Source: an uncultured Candidatus Saccharibacteria bacterium (GTDB taxonomy: Bacteria > Patescibacteriota > Minisyncoccia > Phycocordibacterales > UBA5272). From it: a stretch of DNA of 58,116 nt. The stretch spans positions 1-58,116 of the forward strand of contig CAZJDZ010000006.1 in the NCBI GenBank assembly GCA_964544935.1. Direction: 5' to 3'. The notes beneath the pieces were generated by a model that had not been told where the DNA came from, searched no databases, and saw only the letters and a list, made by a program, of their open reading frames with translations. The first letter of the stretch is position 1, and every line of letters begins with the position of its first letter. The position numbers and the translations under genes are program-made. This document shows, one piece after another, positions 43,728 to 52,520 of the stretch.

Positions 43728-45053
43728 ATGTCATCACCAATCATCACTCGTATAGCACCAAGCCCAACAGGGTTACTCCATCTAGGGACATATCGTACCG
43801 CTGTTTTCGCATATTTGTTTGCAAAAAAAATGGGAGGAAAATTCATTGTTCGTATCGAAGATACTGATAAAGAAAGAAGTAAAGCAGAATATAAAGATAA
43901 CATTTTAGAAAGTCTGAAATGGCTTTCCCTTGAATATGATGCGCTGTATATACAGAGCGAACATGTTGATTCTCATAGAAAACATTTAGAAAAGCTTATT
44001 AGTGATGGCAGTGCTTACATTTCTCATGAAGAAGCAAAAGATGGTAGTGGGGTAATGCGAGAACTTGTTCGTTTTAAGAATAAAGGAGAGGTAGTTATTT
44101 TTGACGATGTTATCCGTGGAAGAATAGAAACTGATACTACAGATCTTGGAGATTTTGTACTTGCAAAATCACTCACAGAACCTCTCTTCCATCTGGCAGT
44201 TGTTATTGATGATCATGAAGAGGGGGTAACACATGTAATTCGTGGCGAAGACCATATTGCAAATACACCACGGCAAATTCTTATTGCGAGAGCTCTTAGT
44301 TTTCCTTCGCCTGTGTATGCTCATCTACCACTTGTGCTTGCAGAAGATAGAACAAAACTTTCAAAACGAAAGGGGGCACTCCCTGTTACTGCGTACCGTG
44401 ATCAAGGGTATCTTCCAGAAGCGTTACTTAACTTTATGGCTTTCACTGGGTGGAACCCTGGAGGAGAACAGGAAATTTATTCTATGGCAGAATTGGTCGA
44501 TTTATTTGATCTTGCACGTATACATAAAGGTGGAGCAATCTTTAATCAAGAGAAATTACTATGGATGAATAAAGAACACATGCGACTTAAATCGTCAAGT
44601 GAGCAGCTCGAAGCAATCACTCCATACTTCAAAGACTATCCACAAGATCTTCTATTTAGACTTCTTCCGACTATTATTGACCGTATTTCTGTATATGGAG
44701 AGCTACCAAATATTGAGCCTTTAGAATTCCGGTTTTTCGTTAATTCGCCTCACTTTGATTCTGACTCTATAGAAAAAGTTACATGGAAAGATTCAGGTAA
44801 AGCAGAAGCTAAAACACACCTAGAAACAGTTTGTGCACTTCTTAATGAATCTGACTATACAAGTCCTGCTGCAATTAAAGAAATAGTTTTCCCATATGCA
44901 GAGATTCATGGCAAAGGCAATGTCTTGTGGCCACTTCGTATGGCACTTTCAGGTCAAGAAAAATCTGTTGACCCATTCACCATTTGTTTTGTGCTAGGTA
45001 AGGAAGAGGTGCAAAGAAGAATTAGTAATGTATGTAAGACTCTTGATTCATAA
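43728..45053 (+). CDS. gltX: Glutamate--tRNA ligase
   Basis: RIAPSPTGLLHLGTYRTAVF (HIGH-type), RIEDTD, HVIRGEDH and KLSKRKG (KMSKS-type). Confidence 0.92.
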   Translation: MSSPIITRIAPSPTGLLHLGTYRTAVFAYLFAKKMGGKFIVRIEDTDKERSKAEYKDNILESLKWLSLEYDALYIQSEHVDSHRKHLEKLISDGSAYISHEEAKDGSGVMRELVRFKNKGEVVIFDDVIRGRIETDTTDLGDFVLAKSLTEPLFHLAVVIDDHEEGVTHVIRGEDHIANTPRQILIARALSFPSPVYAHLPLVLAEDRTKLSKRKGALPVTAYRDQGYLPEALLNFMAFTGWNPGGEQEIYSMAELVDLFDLARIHKGGAIFNQEKLLWMNKEHMRLKSSSEQLEAITPYFKDYPQDLLFRLLPTIIDRISVYGELPNIEPLEFRFFVNSPHFDSDSIEKVTWKDSGKAEAKTHLETVCALLNESDYTSPAAIKEIVFPYAEIHGKGNVLWPLRMALSGQEKSVDPFTICFVLGKEEVQRRISNVCKTLDS

Positions 45054-45072
45054 GAAACGTAAATCTTAATGT

Positions 45073-46359
45073 ATGTCATACCGCTCTTTTAGTTCATCAA
45101 TCATCATCAGCATTCTCTTGCTGAGCATCATGTCTACACCACATGTGTATTCTCAGACTGCAGATGAGCTTAAGAATAATCTTGATGCGCTTACTGCACA
45201 AATTAAGGCGCTGGACGAGGAAATAAAAGCATACAATACAAAAATTAGTGGTACCCAAGGTGAAGCAAAAACACTCAGGGCAGCACTTGCCCAACTAGAA
45301 GCTCGCCATGCGGGATTAACAAAGGATATCTCATATACACGTCTTCGTATTCTAAAAGCTGAAGATAATATCGCGTTTACAAAAAATAAAATAGATAGCA
45401 CAGAGTCGAAGCTTGACGAAACAAAGGCAGCACTAGCAGAGTCGCTCCGTTCACTTATTCACAATGAACAGTCAGTACCTTCTTTTGTTGGAGTGCTTGC
45501 TCCACATGCTCATTTCTCTGATATTATCGATATTGCCAAGAGAACAAAAGATGTAACGGTCGCTATCAATGAAAAAGCAAGAGCTCTTGCTGATGTAAAA
45601 ACAACTCTTGCAATTCAGAAGGCTTCCTATGAGGAGCACAAAAATACTCTGCTTAACCTTAATGAAACACTTAACGACCAGAAGGAGCTTGTTGATCAGA
45701 GTTCAAAAAGTAAAAGTACTCTGCTTGCACAAACCAAAAACAAAGAAGCTGAGTACCAAAAGTTAGTTGCTGACCGTAAGAAAAAGAAAGGTGCTCTTGA
45801 AGCGGAAATGCTTGACGTAGAATCAAAACTTAAAACAATTGTTGATGTAAGTAAGATTCCAAAGTATGGTAAAGGAGTACTTCAGTTTCCAGTTGATAAT
45901 GTGATTATTACACAGTATTTCGGGAATACACCTTTTGCTAGCCAAAACCCACAGGTATATAACGGGTCAGGTCATAATGGTATCGATTTAGGTATTAAGA
46001 TAGGTACACCTATCTACTCTGCTGCTCCTGGAGTTGTTTTGGGAACAGGGAATACAGACGCATCTTGCGCAGGTGTTTCTTACGGTAAATGGGTGCTCGT
46101 AAAGCATAATAACGGATTAAGCTCATTGTACGCTCACCTCTCTCTTGTTCAAGTCAAAGCAGGGGACGTGCTCACCGGCCGACAGAAAATCGCCCTTTCA
46201 GGAAATACCGGATACAGTACTGGCCCACATCTCCATTTCACCGTATACGCGTCTGATGCAGTGCAAATTACTAATTATGTGAGTAAGGTGTGTGGGACAA
46301 ATATGACAATGCCAATTGCACCACGTGCTGGGTATCTTAACCCTCTGAGTTATTTATAA
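45073..46359 (+). CDS. Secreted M23-family peptidoglycan endopeptidase with an N-terminal coiled coil (EnvC-like layout)
   Basis: Signal peptide, a long Q/K/E/L-rich coiled coil, then GHNGIDL (HxxxD) and GNTGYSTGPHLHF (HxH). Confidence 0.85.
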   Translation: MSYRSFSSSIIISILLLSIMSTPHVYSQTADELKNNLDALTAQIKALDEEIKAYNTKISGTQGEAKTLRAALAQLEARHAGLTKDISYTRLRILKAEDNIAFTKNKIDSTESKLDETKAALAESLRSLIHNEQSVPSFVGVLAPHAHFSDIIDIAKRTKDVTVAINEKARALADVKTTLAIQKASYEEHKNTLLNLNETLNDQKELVDQSSKSKSTLLAQTKNKEAEYQKLVADRKKKKGALEAEMLDVESKLKTIVDVSKIPKYGKGVLQFPVDNVIITQYFGNTPFASQNPQVYNGSGHNGIDLGIKIGTPIYSAAPGVVLGTGNTDASCAGVSYGKWVLVKHNNGLSSLYAHLSLVQVKAGDVLTGRQKIALSGNTGYSTGPHLHFTVYASDAVQITNYVSKVCGTNMTMPIAPRAGYLNPLSYL

Positions 46360-46390
46360 TATACTTAGAATAAGAACTGCCATAACTACA

Positions 46391-46498
46391 ATGATCACAC
46401 TCACTACGCCAGCAACAATATTGATTTTCCTGATTGTTTTTTTAATGGGTATTGGTTTTGGTATTTGGTTTATATGGATGAAAGTTTTTCCAAAATAA
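46391..46498 (+). CDS. Tiny single-TM peptide 1 (35 aa; below the ORF-track cutoff)
   Basis: MITLTTPATILIFLIVFLMGIGFGIWFIWMKVFPK. It is a paralog of the next small ORF. Confidence 0.45.
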   Translation: MITLTTPATILIFLIVFLMGIGFGIWFIWMKVFPK

Positions 46499-46506
46499 AA
46501 CAAAAT

Positions 46507-46608
46507 ATGCTTACATTTACATTACCAGCATTTATACTTGGACTCATAATTACTTTTCTTGCAGGTATAGCTCTAGGTATTTGGATCAGCCTTAATAAGT
46601 TTAAATAA
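46507..46608 (+). CDS. Tiny single-TM peptide 2 (33 aa)
   Basis: MLTFTLPAFILGLIITFLAGIALGIWISLNKFK. It shares M.T.T.PA.IL...I.FL.GI..GIW with peptide 1. Confidence 0.45.
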   Translation: MLTFTLPAFILGLIITFLAGIALGIWISLNKFK

Positions 46609-47390
46609 TAGAGTGTAAAACAGAATTGAGTTTAAGTTGAGAATAGCTTGATTATGAAACTATATCAAGCTTATTGTCGTAAAAGATATATTGTGCGACA
46701 TTACCATATAATAAAACCCCTGCCAAAATACTCTATAAATAAAGGCTTTTTAATATTGTCTCTAATGACATACATATTGTTTTGTTAACTAACATTTGTT
46801 AGCACCCTCTCCTGTCACTCGGCAGAAGTTCATCCCTGGAATAGTAAATCTTAAACATATTTAAATAAATCTTGCATTTCTATATAATCCGAAAATTCCA
46901 ATATTCTTCCTAATTCACACTCTAGTACCTTTTATAGCTCATATAGCATAATAATGATGATATTGGGCTTAAATAGCCTTGTATGCCTACGTCTACCTAG
47001 TTTACTTGTTTAGTAGTATATGAGTCTTGCTGTAGTAGTTGTTAGGTATACTAGGCTAACCATAATCATCAATCCTATATGAATGTTATTGCTAATAGTT
47101 ATTGATCTATAATATTTTTTCCAAGCTTATAGTATCTAGATCTCTTACTAAATTTATAACAATTGCCCTTGTATCTGTATTACATATAATTACCTTTGGC
47201 ACATAAAATATTTAATTATTTATATAAATATTTCAGTAAATTTTTATACAACAAAAATATTTTGTAACAAATATGTTCAAAGTTTAATTGCTATAATAAC
47301 CTTATTTTTATATATATATTGAACTATTAGATATAGCAGAATGTGTATAAACTGTGTCACTAGTATACACATTAACTAACTGTCTCATAT

Positions 47391-47426
47391 AAAAGACCAA
47401 GATAGTTTTAGGTATCTTGGTCTTTT
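47391..47426 (-). terminator. Rho-independent terminator downstream of proS
   Basis: Arm aaaagaccaagata, loop gttttagg, arm tatcttggtctttt. Confidence 0.7.
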
Positions 47427-47457
47427 GGTCGATTTCTCGTCAGAGCTTTATATGATA

Positions 47458-48714
47458 CTACTCACAGTTTCTTTTGTAAGTTGTGTAAAGTTCTTCTATG
47501 GTAACAATTGAACTTTCAGTAGATGTTCGTTCTTTTAGTTCTACCCCACCCTTTTCAAGTGACTTATCTGATACCACAACTCGCATTGGAATACCGATAA
47601 GATCACTGTCTGCAAATTTTTCACCAGCTGAAGCCTCACGGTCATCGAAGAGAACTTCAACACCACTTGCTGTTAGTGTTGAGTAAATAGATTCTGCGAG
47701 CTTATGAGATTCACTATCTTTCTCTTTTGAAAGAGAAAGAAGATGAAGTGAAAATGGCGCAATTGATGCTGGCCACACTAGACCTTTCTCATCGGAAAGA
47801 GTTTCTGCTATTACACCGAGTATACGTGTTACACCTATTCCATAACATCCCATAACCCCTTTTTGAGGGTTACCTTCCTTATCTATATAATGAAAATCAA
47901 ATGCATCTTGGTAGCGTGTTCCTAAATCGAATACGTTACCAACTTCAGAAGCTTTTCCTTCTTTAAGTAATCCTGACCCATCAGGTGCCTGGTCGCCTTC
48001 TGTGAGTTGTGTAATTTCTTTGTTAATACAAAAATCAGATTTTTCTGAATATAAGATATCATCTTCACCGGCATCAGTAAGTACCATAAATTCATAAGAG
48101 ATTTTTTTGGAAAAACTTCCTCCACTTGCTTCCGTTACTTTTGCAGTGAGTCCAATTTCGGAGTAAATTTCAAGATACTTCTTTTTTGCTTCTGTGTAAA
48201 ACACATCAAATGCTACTTGATTTTCATGTATTGTATACATATCTTTCATAAGGAATTCTCTTCCGCGCATTACGCCAGCTTTTGCTCTTAATTCATCACG
48301 GAATTTCCAGTGGATTTGATAGCCTATAAATGGAAGATCTTTATATGAACGCACATATTCTTTAATGATTGGTGTAACAACTTCCTCTTCACTTTGTCCT
48401 AGTGCATACTCACGGTCTGTTCTGCTATTAATTTTAAAAAGTACATCAACTGAGTCCCATGCACCAGTGGTCTTCCATAGTTCAGAAGGATGTAACATAG
48501 ACATTGTCATTTCTTGGGCCCCCAATTCATTCATCTTTATTCTTACAATATCTTCAATTTTTGTAAGTACACGAAGACCAAGTGGTAGAAATGTATATGT
48601 GCCAGCCATAGTTTTGTGAACAAAACCAGCTCGAATAAGAAGCTGTGCATTTTTACTAGTTTCATCGGAAGGTATATTCTTAATTGTTTTTGTAAAAAGT
48701 TTTGATTGTCGCAT
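47458..48714 (-). CDS. proS: Proline--tRNA ligase, bacterial-type sequence without the INS editing domain
   Basis: MRQSKLFTKT...AQLLIRAGFVHKTMAGTYTFLPLG, motif 2 FRDELRAKAGVMRGREFLMKD, motif 3 GCYGIGVTRILG, and an anticodon-binding C-terminus. Only 418 aa. Confidence 0.92.
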   Translation of the reverse strand: MRQSKLFTKTIKNIPSDETSKNAQLLIRAGFVHKTMAGTYTFLPLGLRVLTKIEDIVRIKMNELGAQEMTMSMLHPSELWKTTGAWDSVDVLFKINSRTDREYALGQSEEEVVTPIIKEYVRSYKDLPFIGYQIHWKFRDELRAKAGVMRGREFLMKDMYTIHENQVAFDVFYTEAKKKYLEIYSEIGLTAKVTEASGGSFSKKISYEFMVLTDAGEDDILYSEKSDFCINKEITQLTEGDQAPDGSGLLKEGKASEVGNVFDLGTRYQDAFDFHYIDKEGNPQKGVMGCYGIGVTRILGVIAETLSDEKGLVWPASIAPFSLHLLSLSKEKDSESHKLAESIYSTLTASGVEVLFDDREASAGEKFADSDLIGIPMRVVVSDKSLEKGGVELKERTSTESSIVTIEELYTTYKRNCE

Positions 48715-48758
48715 AGTGAGGTATAGTGTATCAAAAAATGAGAGTATATCTCTAAAAT

Positions 48759-49868
48759 TTAGATGTGAAGATCGTTATAAGTAACAACAATAAGGAGAAG
48801 CATTAGGAAACCAAAACCAAGCACATTAACCCATGAGTAGTACTTAAATGGAACTTTTCTTCGGCTAATCGTTTCAATTAGAACTACAACTATTCGTCCA
48901 CCATCAAGTGCAGGGAGTGGTAATATATTGAAGATTGCAAGATTAATTGAAAGAGCTGCAACGAGTGTAAGTACCGCAGTATAACCATACTCACTCGTTT
49001 CTCCCACAATTTTTGCTATACCTACCGGACCAGAAAGTGAACTAAGAACACTTTCACCTTTGAAAACTGAAGTGAATACTGAAAGAAGTCCTGTAAACGT
49101 CATCTTGGTAAGCTCTACAGTTCTTTCATATCCAAGAGGAATAGCTTCTAGAGCAGAAATTTTTACAGTCCCTATTTCGTCTACTGCTATGCCAAGTGCT
49201 TTTTTGTTTGGAATAATTCCATAGACTGATGCTATTGTTGTGGACTTCTTTTGGTTATCAGGAGAAATATAGGAGATTGTAAACGGTGTATTTGGGTTTG
49301 TTCCAATAAAAGAAATTAAAGACTCGGTACTTGTGAGGTCTGCTTCTTTTGAACCATTGGTTACACGAAGGAGCGTTGTTCCGGGAAGAATACCTGCTTT
49401 AAACGCTGGACTCTCTTTTGATACTTCAACCACAACAAGTGAGGCATCATGTACTCGAGAACCGTAGATCTCGTCTGCTGTACTCATTTTTACGTCACCA
49501 TATGAAATACCAATAAAGATGACAAGCGCAAGAAGCATATTCATCGTCACCCCCGCAATAAGAACAAGGAGTTGTGCCCACCATGGACGATTACCGAATG
49601 CTCTAGGATGATGAGTTGCTCCGTGTAGTTTCTTATCTTCCTCACTTCCATTTTCTCCAAATATTGAAACATATCCACCAAGCGGGATAAGGTTAATGGC
49701 ATAGAATGTCTCGCCAAACTTTTTACCAAAAAGTCTTGGTGGAAAACCAAAAGCAAATTCGTCCACTCGCATTCCTGTGAGTTTAGCAACAATGAAGTGT
49801 CCAAACTCATGAACAATAACAAGAACAAGTAAAATAATAATGAAAAGCAAAATTGCAGATAACGACAT
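48759..49868 (-). CDS. rseP: Site-2 (RIP) zinc metalloprotease RseP, M50 family
   Basis: HEFGHF zinc motif in TM1, a central PDZ-like segment, and NILPLPALDGG near the C-terminus. Confidence 0.88.
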   Translation of the reverse strand: MSLSAILLFIIILLVLVIVHEFGHFIVAKLTGMRVDEFAFGFPPRLFGKKFGETFYAINLIPLGGYVSIFGENGSEEDKKLHGATHHPRAFGNRPWWAQLLVLIAGVTMNMLLALVIFIGISYGDVKMSTADEIYGSRVHDASLVVVEVSKESPAFKAGILPGTTLLRVTNGSKEADLTSTESLISFIGTNPNTPFTISYISPDNQKKSTTIASVYGIIPNKKALGIAVDEIGTVKISALEAIPLGYERTVELTKMTFTGLLSVFTSVFKGESVLSSLSGPVGIAKIVGETSEYGYTAVLTLVAALSINLAIFNILPLPALDGGRIVVVLIETISRRKVPFKYYSWVNVLGFGFLMLLLIVVTYNDLHI

Positions 49869-49939
49869 AATCAGCCTAGTATATCATGTATTTTTTAGAT
49901 ATTGGGTTATTCATTTGTGTGGGTATATCCACGCAAGCG

Positions 49940-50494
49940 TTACTCCCCCATCACTTCCTTCTCTTTCTTTTGGAAAAGGTCTTCAAGCTCTAGGTTTGCA
50001 GTATCAACAATCTTCTGCATTTCTTCGCGATATCTTCTTTGATCGTCTTCACCGTATGCTCCTTCTTTAGCTTCAGAATCAATTGCTTTATTTGTTTCTT
50101 CACGAAGCGCGCGTACACGTACTCGAGCATCTTCTAGTCTATCCTTAAGAAGCTTTACTAATTTTGATCTTGTTTCTGTTGTAAGCATTGGAAAGTGAAC
50201 TCGGAGTCCTTCTGCGTCAGATGAAACAGAAAGACCGAGGTCTGCATCGTTAATCGCTTTTTCCATTTGACCTATAACACTCTTATCCCATGGAGCAACA
50301 CGAATCGTACGAGGGTCTTCAATGTTAATATTTCCAGCATGAGCAAGTGGTGTACGTGCTCCGTACATGTCGATATGCACGAGATCGAGCACTTGTGGTG
50401 TTGCACGACCTGTCTGAATACTTCTATACTCACTTTTAAGCCATTCAGTAATAGTATTTTTTTGAGTTGTTACATTTGAAAAATCGTAGGCCAT
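49940..50494 (-). CDS. frr: Ribosome recycling factor
   Basis: EYRSIQTGRATPQVLDLVHIDMYGARTPLAHAGNINIEDPRTIRVAPWDKS...LTTETRSKLVK. Confidence 0.95.
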   Translation of the reverse strand: MAYDFSNVTTQKNTITEWLKSEYRSIQTGRATPQVLDLVHIDMYGARTPLAHAGNINIEDPRTIRVAPWDKSVIGQMEKAINDADLGLSVSSDAEGLRVHFPMLTTETRSKLVKLLKDRLEDARVRVRALREETNKAIDSEAKEGAYGEDDQRRYREEMQKIVDTANLELEDLFQKKEKEVMGE

Positions 50495-50590
50495 AGTGGT
50501 AGTTATTAGATAATTGGTTGTTAGGGTTTAGAAGAGGATTTTGAACTGTATTTATACTAACAGGTAATCTCTGTGTTTCTAAATTGTACA

Positions 50591-51244
50591 TTAGACCTTG
50601 AGTTCCGGCAAGAGTAGGCTGAGGTACTCTACAATCGCCTTTCCAGAAGCTGAAGGGTCTCCAGCATACGAAGCCATCTCAATGGTTAGAAGGGTTAGTG
50701 AACTGTACTTGGGGTGCTTCTTAAGTATTGGTACTATGTCAAGAATAAATGACCTGACCCCTTCTCTATTTTTTCGGTCTTCTTCATCGGTTGCAGATAG
50801 CAACGCTACAATTTCTGGTAGTTTCATTCTTTCTCTTGAAGGAGTGCTTAAAAATATGTTTGCAATTGTTGATATAGATAATTCTTCTGCGGATTCTAAG
50901 TGTTGAAGTCTTGAGTAGAGTGTTGGTATAAGTGCTTCCTTGTTAGTTGTAACAAGAATAAATTGTATATTAGCTTTTGGTTCTTCTAAGATTTTAAGAA
51001 GTGCGTTTTGTGCTGGAATGGTGATGGTATGGAATGAGAGGAGTGCAATTTTTTTATGAGCGTACGGAGCATTTGCCCATGAGGTTAATGCTCTTGCTGT
51101 ATCTATATCAAAGACAGTTATATCATGAAGAATGTGAGCTGGAGATTCTGTGTGTAGTTCTTCCCAAATCTGTTGAACAAAACTTTTTCGTTCTGAACGA
51201 ACAAAGAGTGTTGCGTGATGGGTAAGTGTTTGGATAACCGACAT
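50591..51244 (-). CDS. holB: DNA polymerase III delta-prime-like clamp-loader subunit (short)
   Basis: AQNALLKILEEPKANIQFILVTTNKEALIPTLYSRLQHL matches the sensor-1/SRC region. No Walker A segment is present. The ATG at 51244 is preferred over the TTG at 51271. Confidence 0.6.
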   Translation of the reverse strand: MSVIQTLTHHATLFVRSERKSFVQQIWEELHTESPAHILHDITVFDIDTARALTSWANAPYAHKKIALLSFHTITIPAQNALLKILEEPKANIQFILVTTNKEALIPTLYSRLQHLESAEELSISTIANIFLSTPSRERMKLPEIVALLSATDEEDRKNREGVRSFILDIVPILKKHPKYSSLTLLTIEMASYAGDPSASGKAIVEYLSLLLPELKV

Positions 51245-51396
51245 AAGTGATTTCAGTATACCAAATTCCAAAACAGTTTTTATATAGTTTTAGGGAGTGT
51301 AGTTTTTACGGTAACAGCAAAAAGTCCAATAAGTACTACAAAAGCAGATATATAATATTAGTAATGCAAATAATCACATGTAATGCCTCTTTTGTT

Positions 51397-52410
51397 TTAC
51401 CGTTTTGCAAAAATACTTCTCTTGTAGGTATCAAGGTGTTCAAGAGCGATACCTGTGCCTTTTGCTACACAGTAGAATGCATCGTCTGCGAGTACAGCTT
51501 TTACTCCCGTGCGACGTTCTACAAGGTCTGGGAAGTGTCGAAGCATTGATGAACCTCCTGACATAATAATTCCGTTATCGATGATGTCAGATGCAAGCTC
51601 AGGTGGTGTCTCTTGGAGTACGTCACGAATCGCTTTGATCATGATCTTCAGTTCTTTATCAATTGCTTTTACAATTTCATTAGTTCTAATTTCAACAGTA
51701 CGAGGAAGCCCTGCGATGAAGTCGCGACCTTTTACTTTAAGAACTAGTTCATCTTCTACAGGAAGAGCTGAGCCAATTTTAATTTTAATATCTTCAGCAG
51801 TTTGATCACCAATTGCAAGGTTATATGTCTTTTTTACATAATCAATAATAGCTTGATCAATTTTTGTTCCTGCACATTTAACAGAGTTACTGCACACAAT
51901 ACCACCAAGAGAAATCACTGCCACATCAGTTGTTCCTCCTCCGATGTCTACAATCATACGACCCTGAGCTTCGTGAATAGGAATTCCTGCACCAATTGCT
52001 GCTAAGATAGGTTCTTTCACTACGTATGCATTACGAGCTCCAGCCTTAAGTGCTGCCTCAATAACTGCACGACGTTCAGTTGAGGTAACTCCTGCAGGAA
52101 CAGAAACCATGACGTCAGGTTTAAAAAGATTGAATCCACCAAGAGTTTTGTGGATATAGTAACGAAGCATTGCTTCAGTAACACGATAATCAGCGATCAC
52201 TCCATCGCGCATTGGTCGATACGCAATAATAGAGTCAGGAGTCTTCCCTATCATTTCTTTTGCCTCTGTACCAACAGCTAAAATTTTATTTCCTGTTTCA
52301 GAAATAGCGACAACAGAAGGTTCAACAAGTGTGACCCCTTTACCAGGTACGTACACAAGTGTGTTTGCTGTTCCTAAATCGATACCAAGCTTCTTAAAAA
52401 AGAATCCCAT
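51397..52410 (-). CDS. mreB: Rod-shape-determining actin homolog MreB
   Basis: LGIDLGTANTLVYV, VPAGVTSTERRAV, DIGGGTTDVAVISLGG and IIMSGGSSMLRHF motifs. The ATG at 52410 is preferred over the upstream start. Confidence 0.93.
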   Translation of the reverse strand: MGFFFKKLGIDLGTANTLVYVPGKGVTLVEPSVVAISETGNKILAVGTEAKEMIGKTPDSIIAYRPMRDGVIADYRVTEAMLRYYIHKTLGGFNLFKPDVMVSVPAGVTSTERRAVIEAALKAGARNAYVVKEPILAAIGAGIPIHEAQGRMIVDIGGGTTDVAVISLGGIVCSNSVKCAGTKIDQAIIDYVKKTYNLAIGDQTAEDIKIKIGSALPVEDELVLKVKGRDFIAGLPRTVEIRTNEIVKAIDKELKIMIKAIRDVLQETPPELASDIIDNGIIMSGGSSMLRHFPDLVERRTGVKAVLADDAFYCVAKGTGIALEHLDTYKRSIFAKR

Positions 52411-52520
52411 AATAGATACTAGTATAGCATACTTGGATATGCTTGAGTACTCCATAAAATGCTTAATTTATAAGACTTTTTAGTATTTTTTAGGTATTTT
52501 CTGATATACTTAATCTATCC

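Noticed and set aside
46609-47390. CRISPR array, oriC, or a known housekeeping RNA in the ORF-free AT-rich region
   Set aside because: There are no regularly spaced direct repeats. There is no perfect DnaA box (TTATCCACA or its complement) and no adjacent dnaA or dnaN. I saw no RNase P (GAGGAAAGTCC), tmRNA or SRP signature strings. It is kept only as an unexplained region.
51247-51549. 100-aa plus-strand ORF in the holB-mreB interval
   Set aside because: It overlaps the 3' end of mreB antisense and has a low-complexity translation. The interval is better explained as the mreB-holB spacer.
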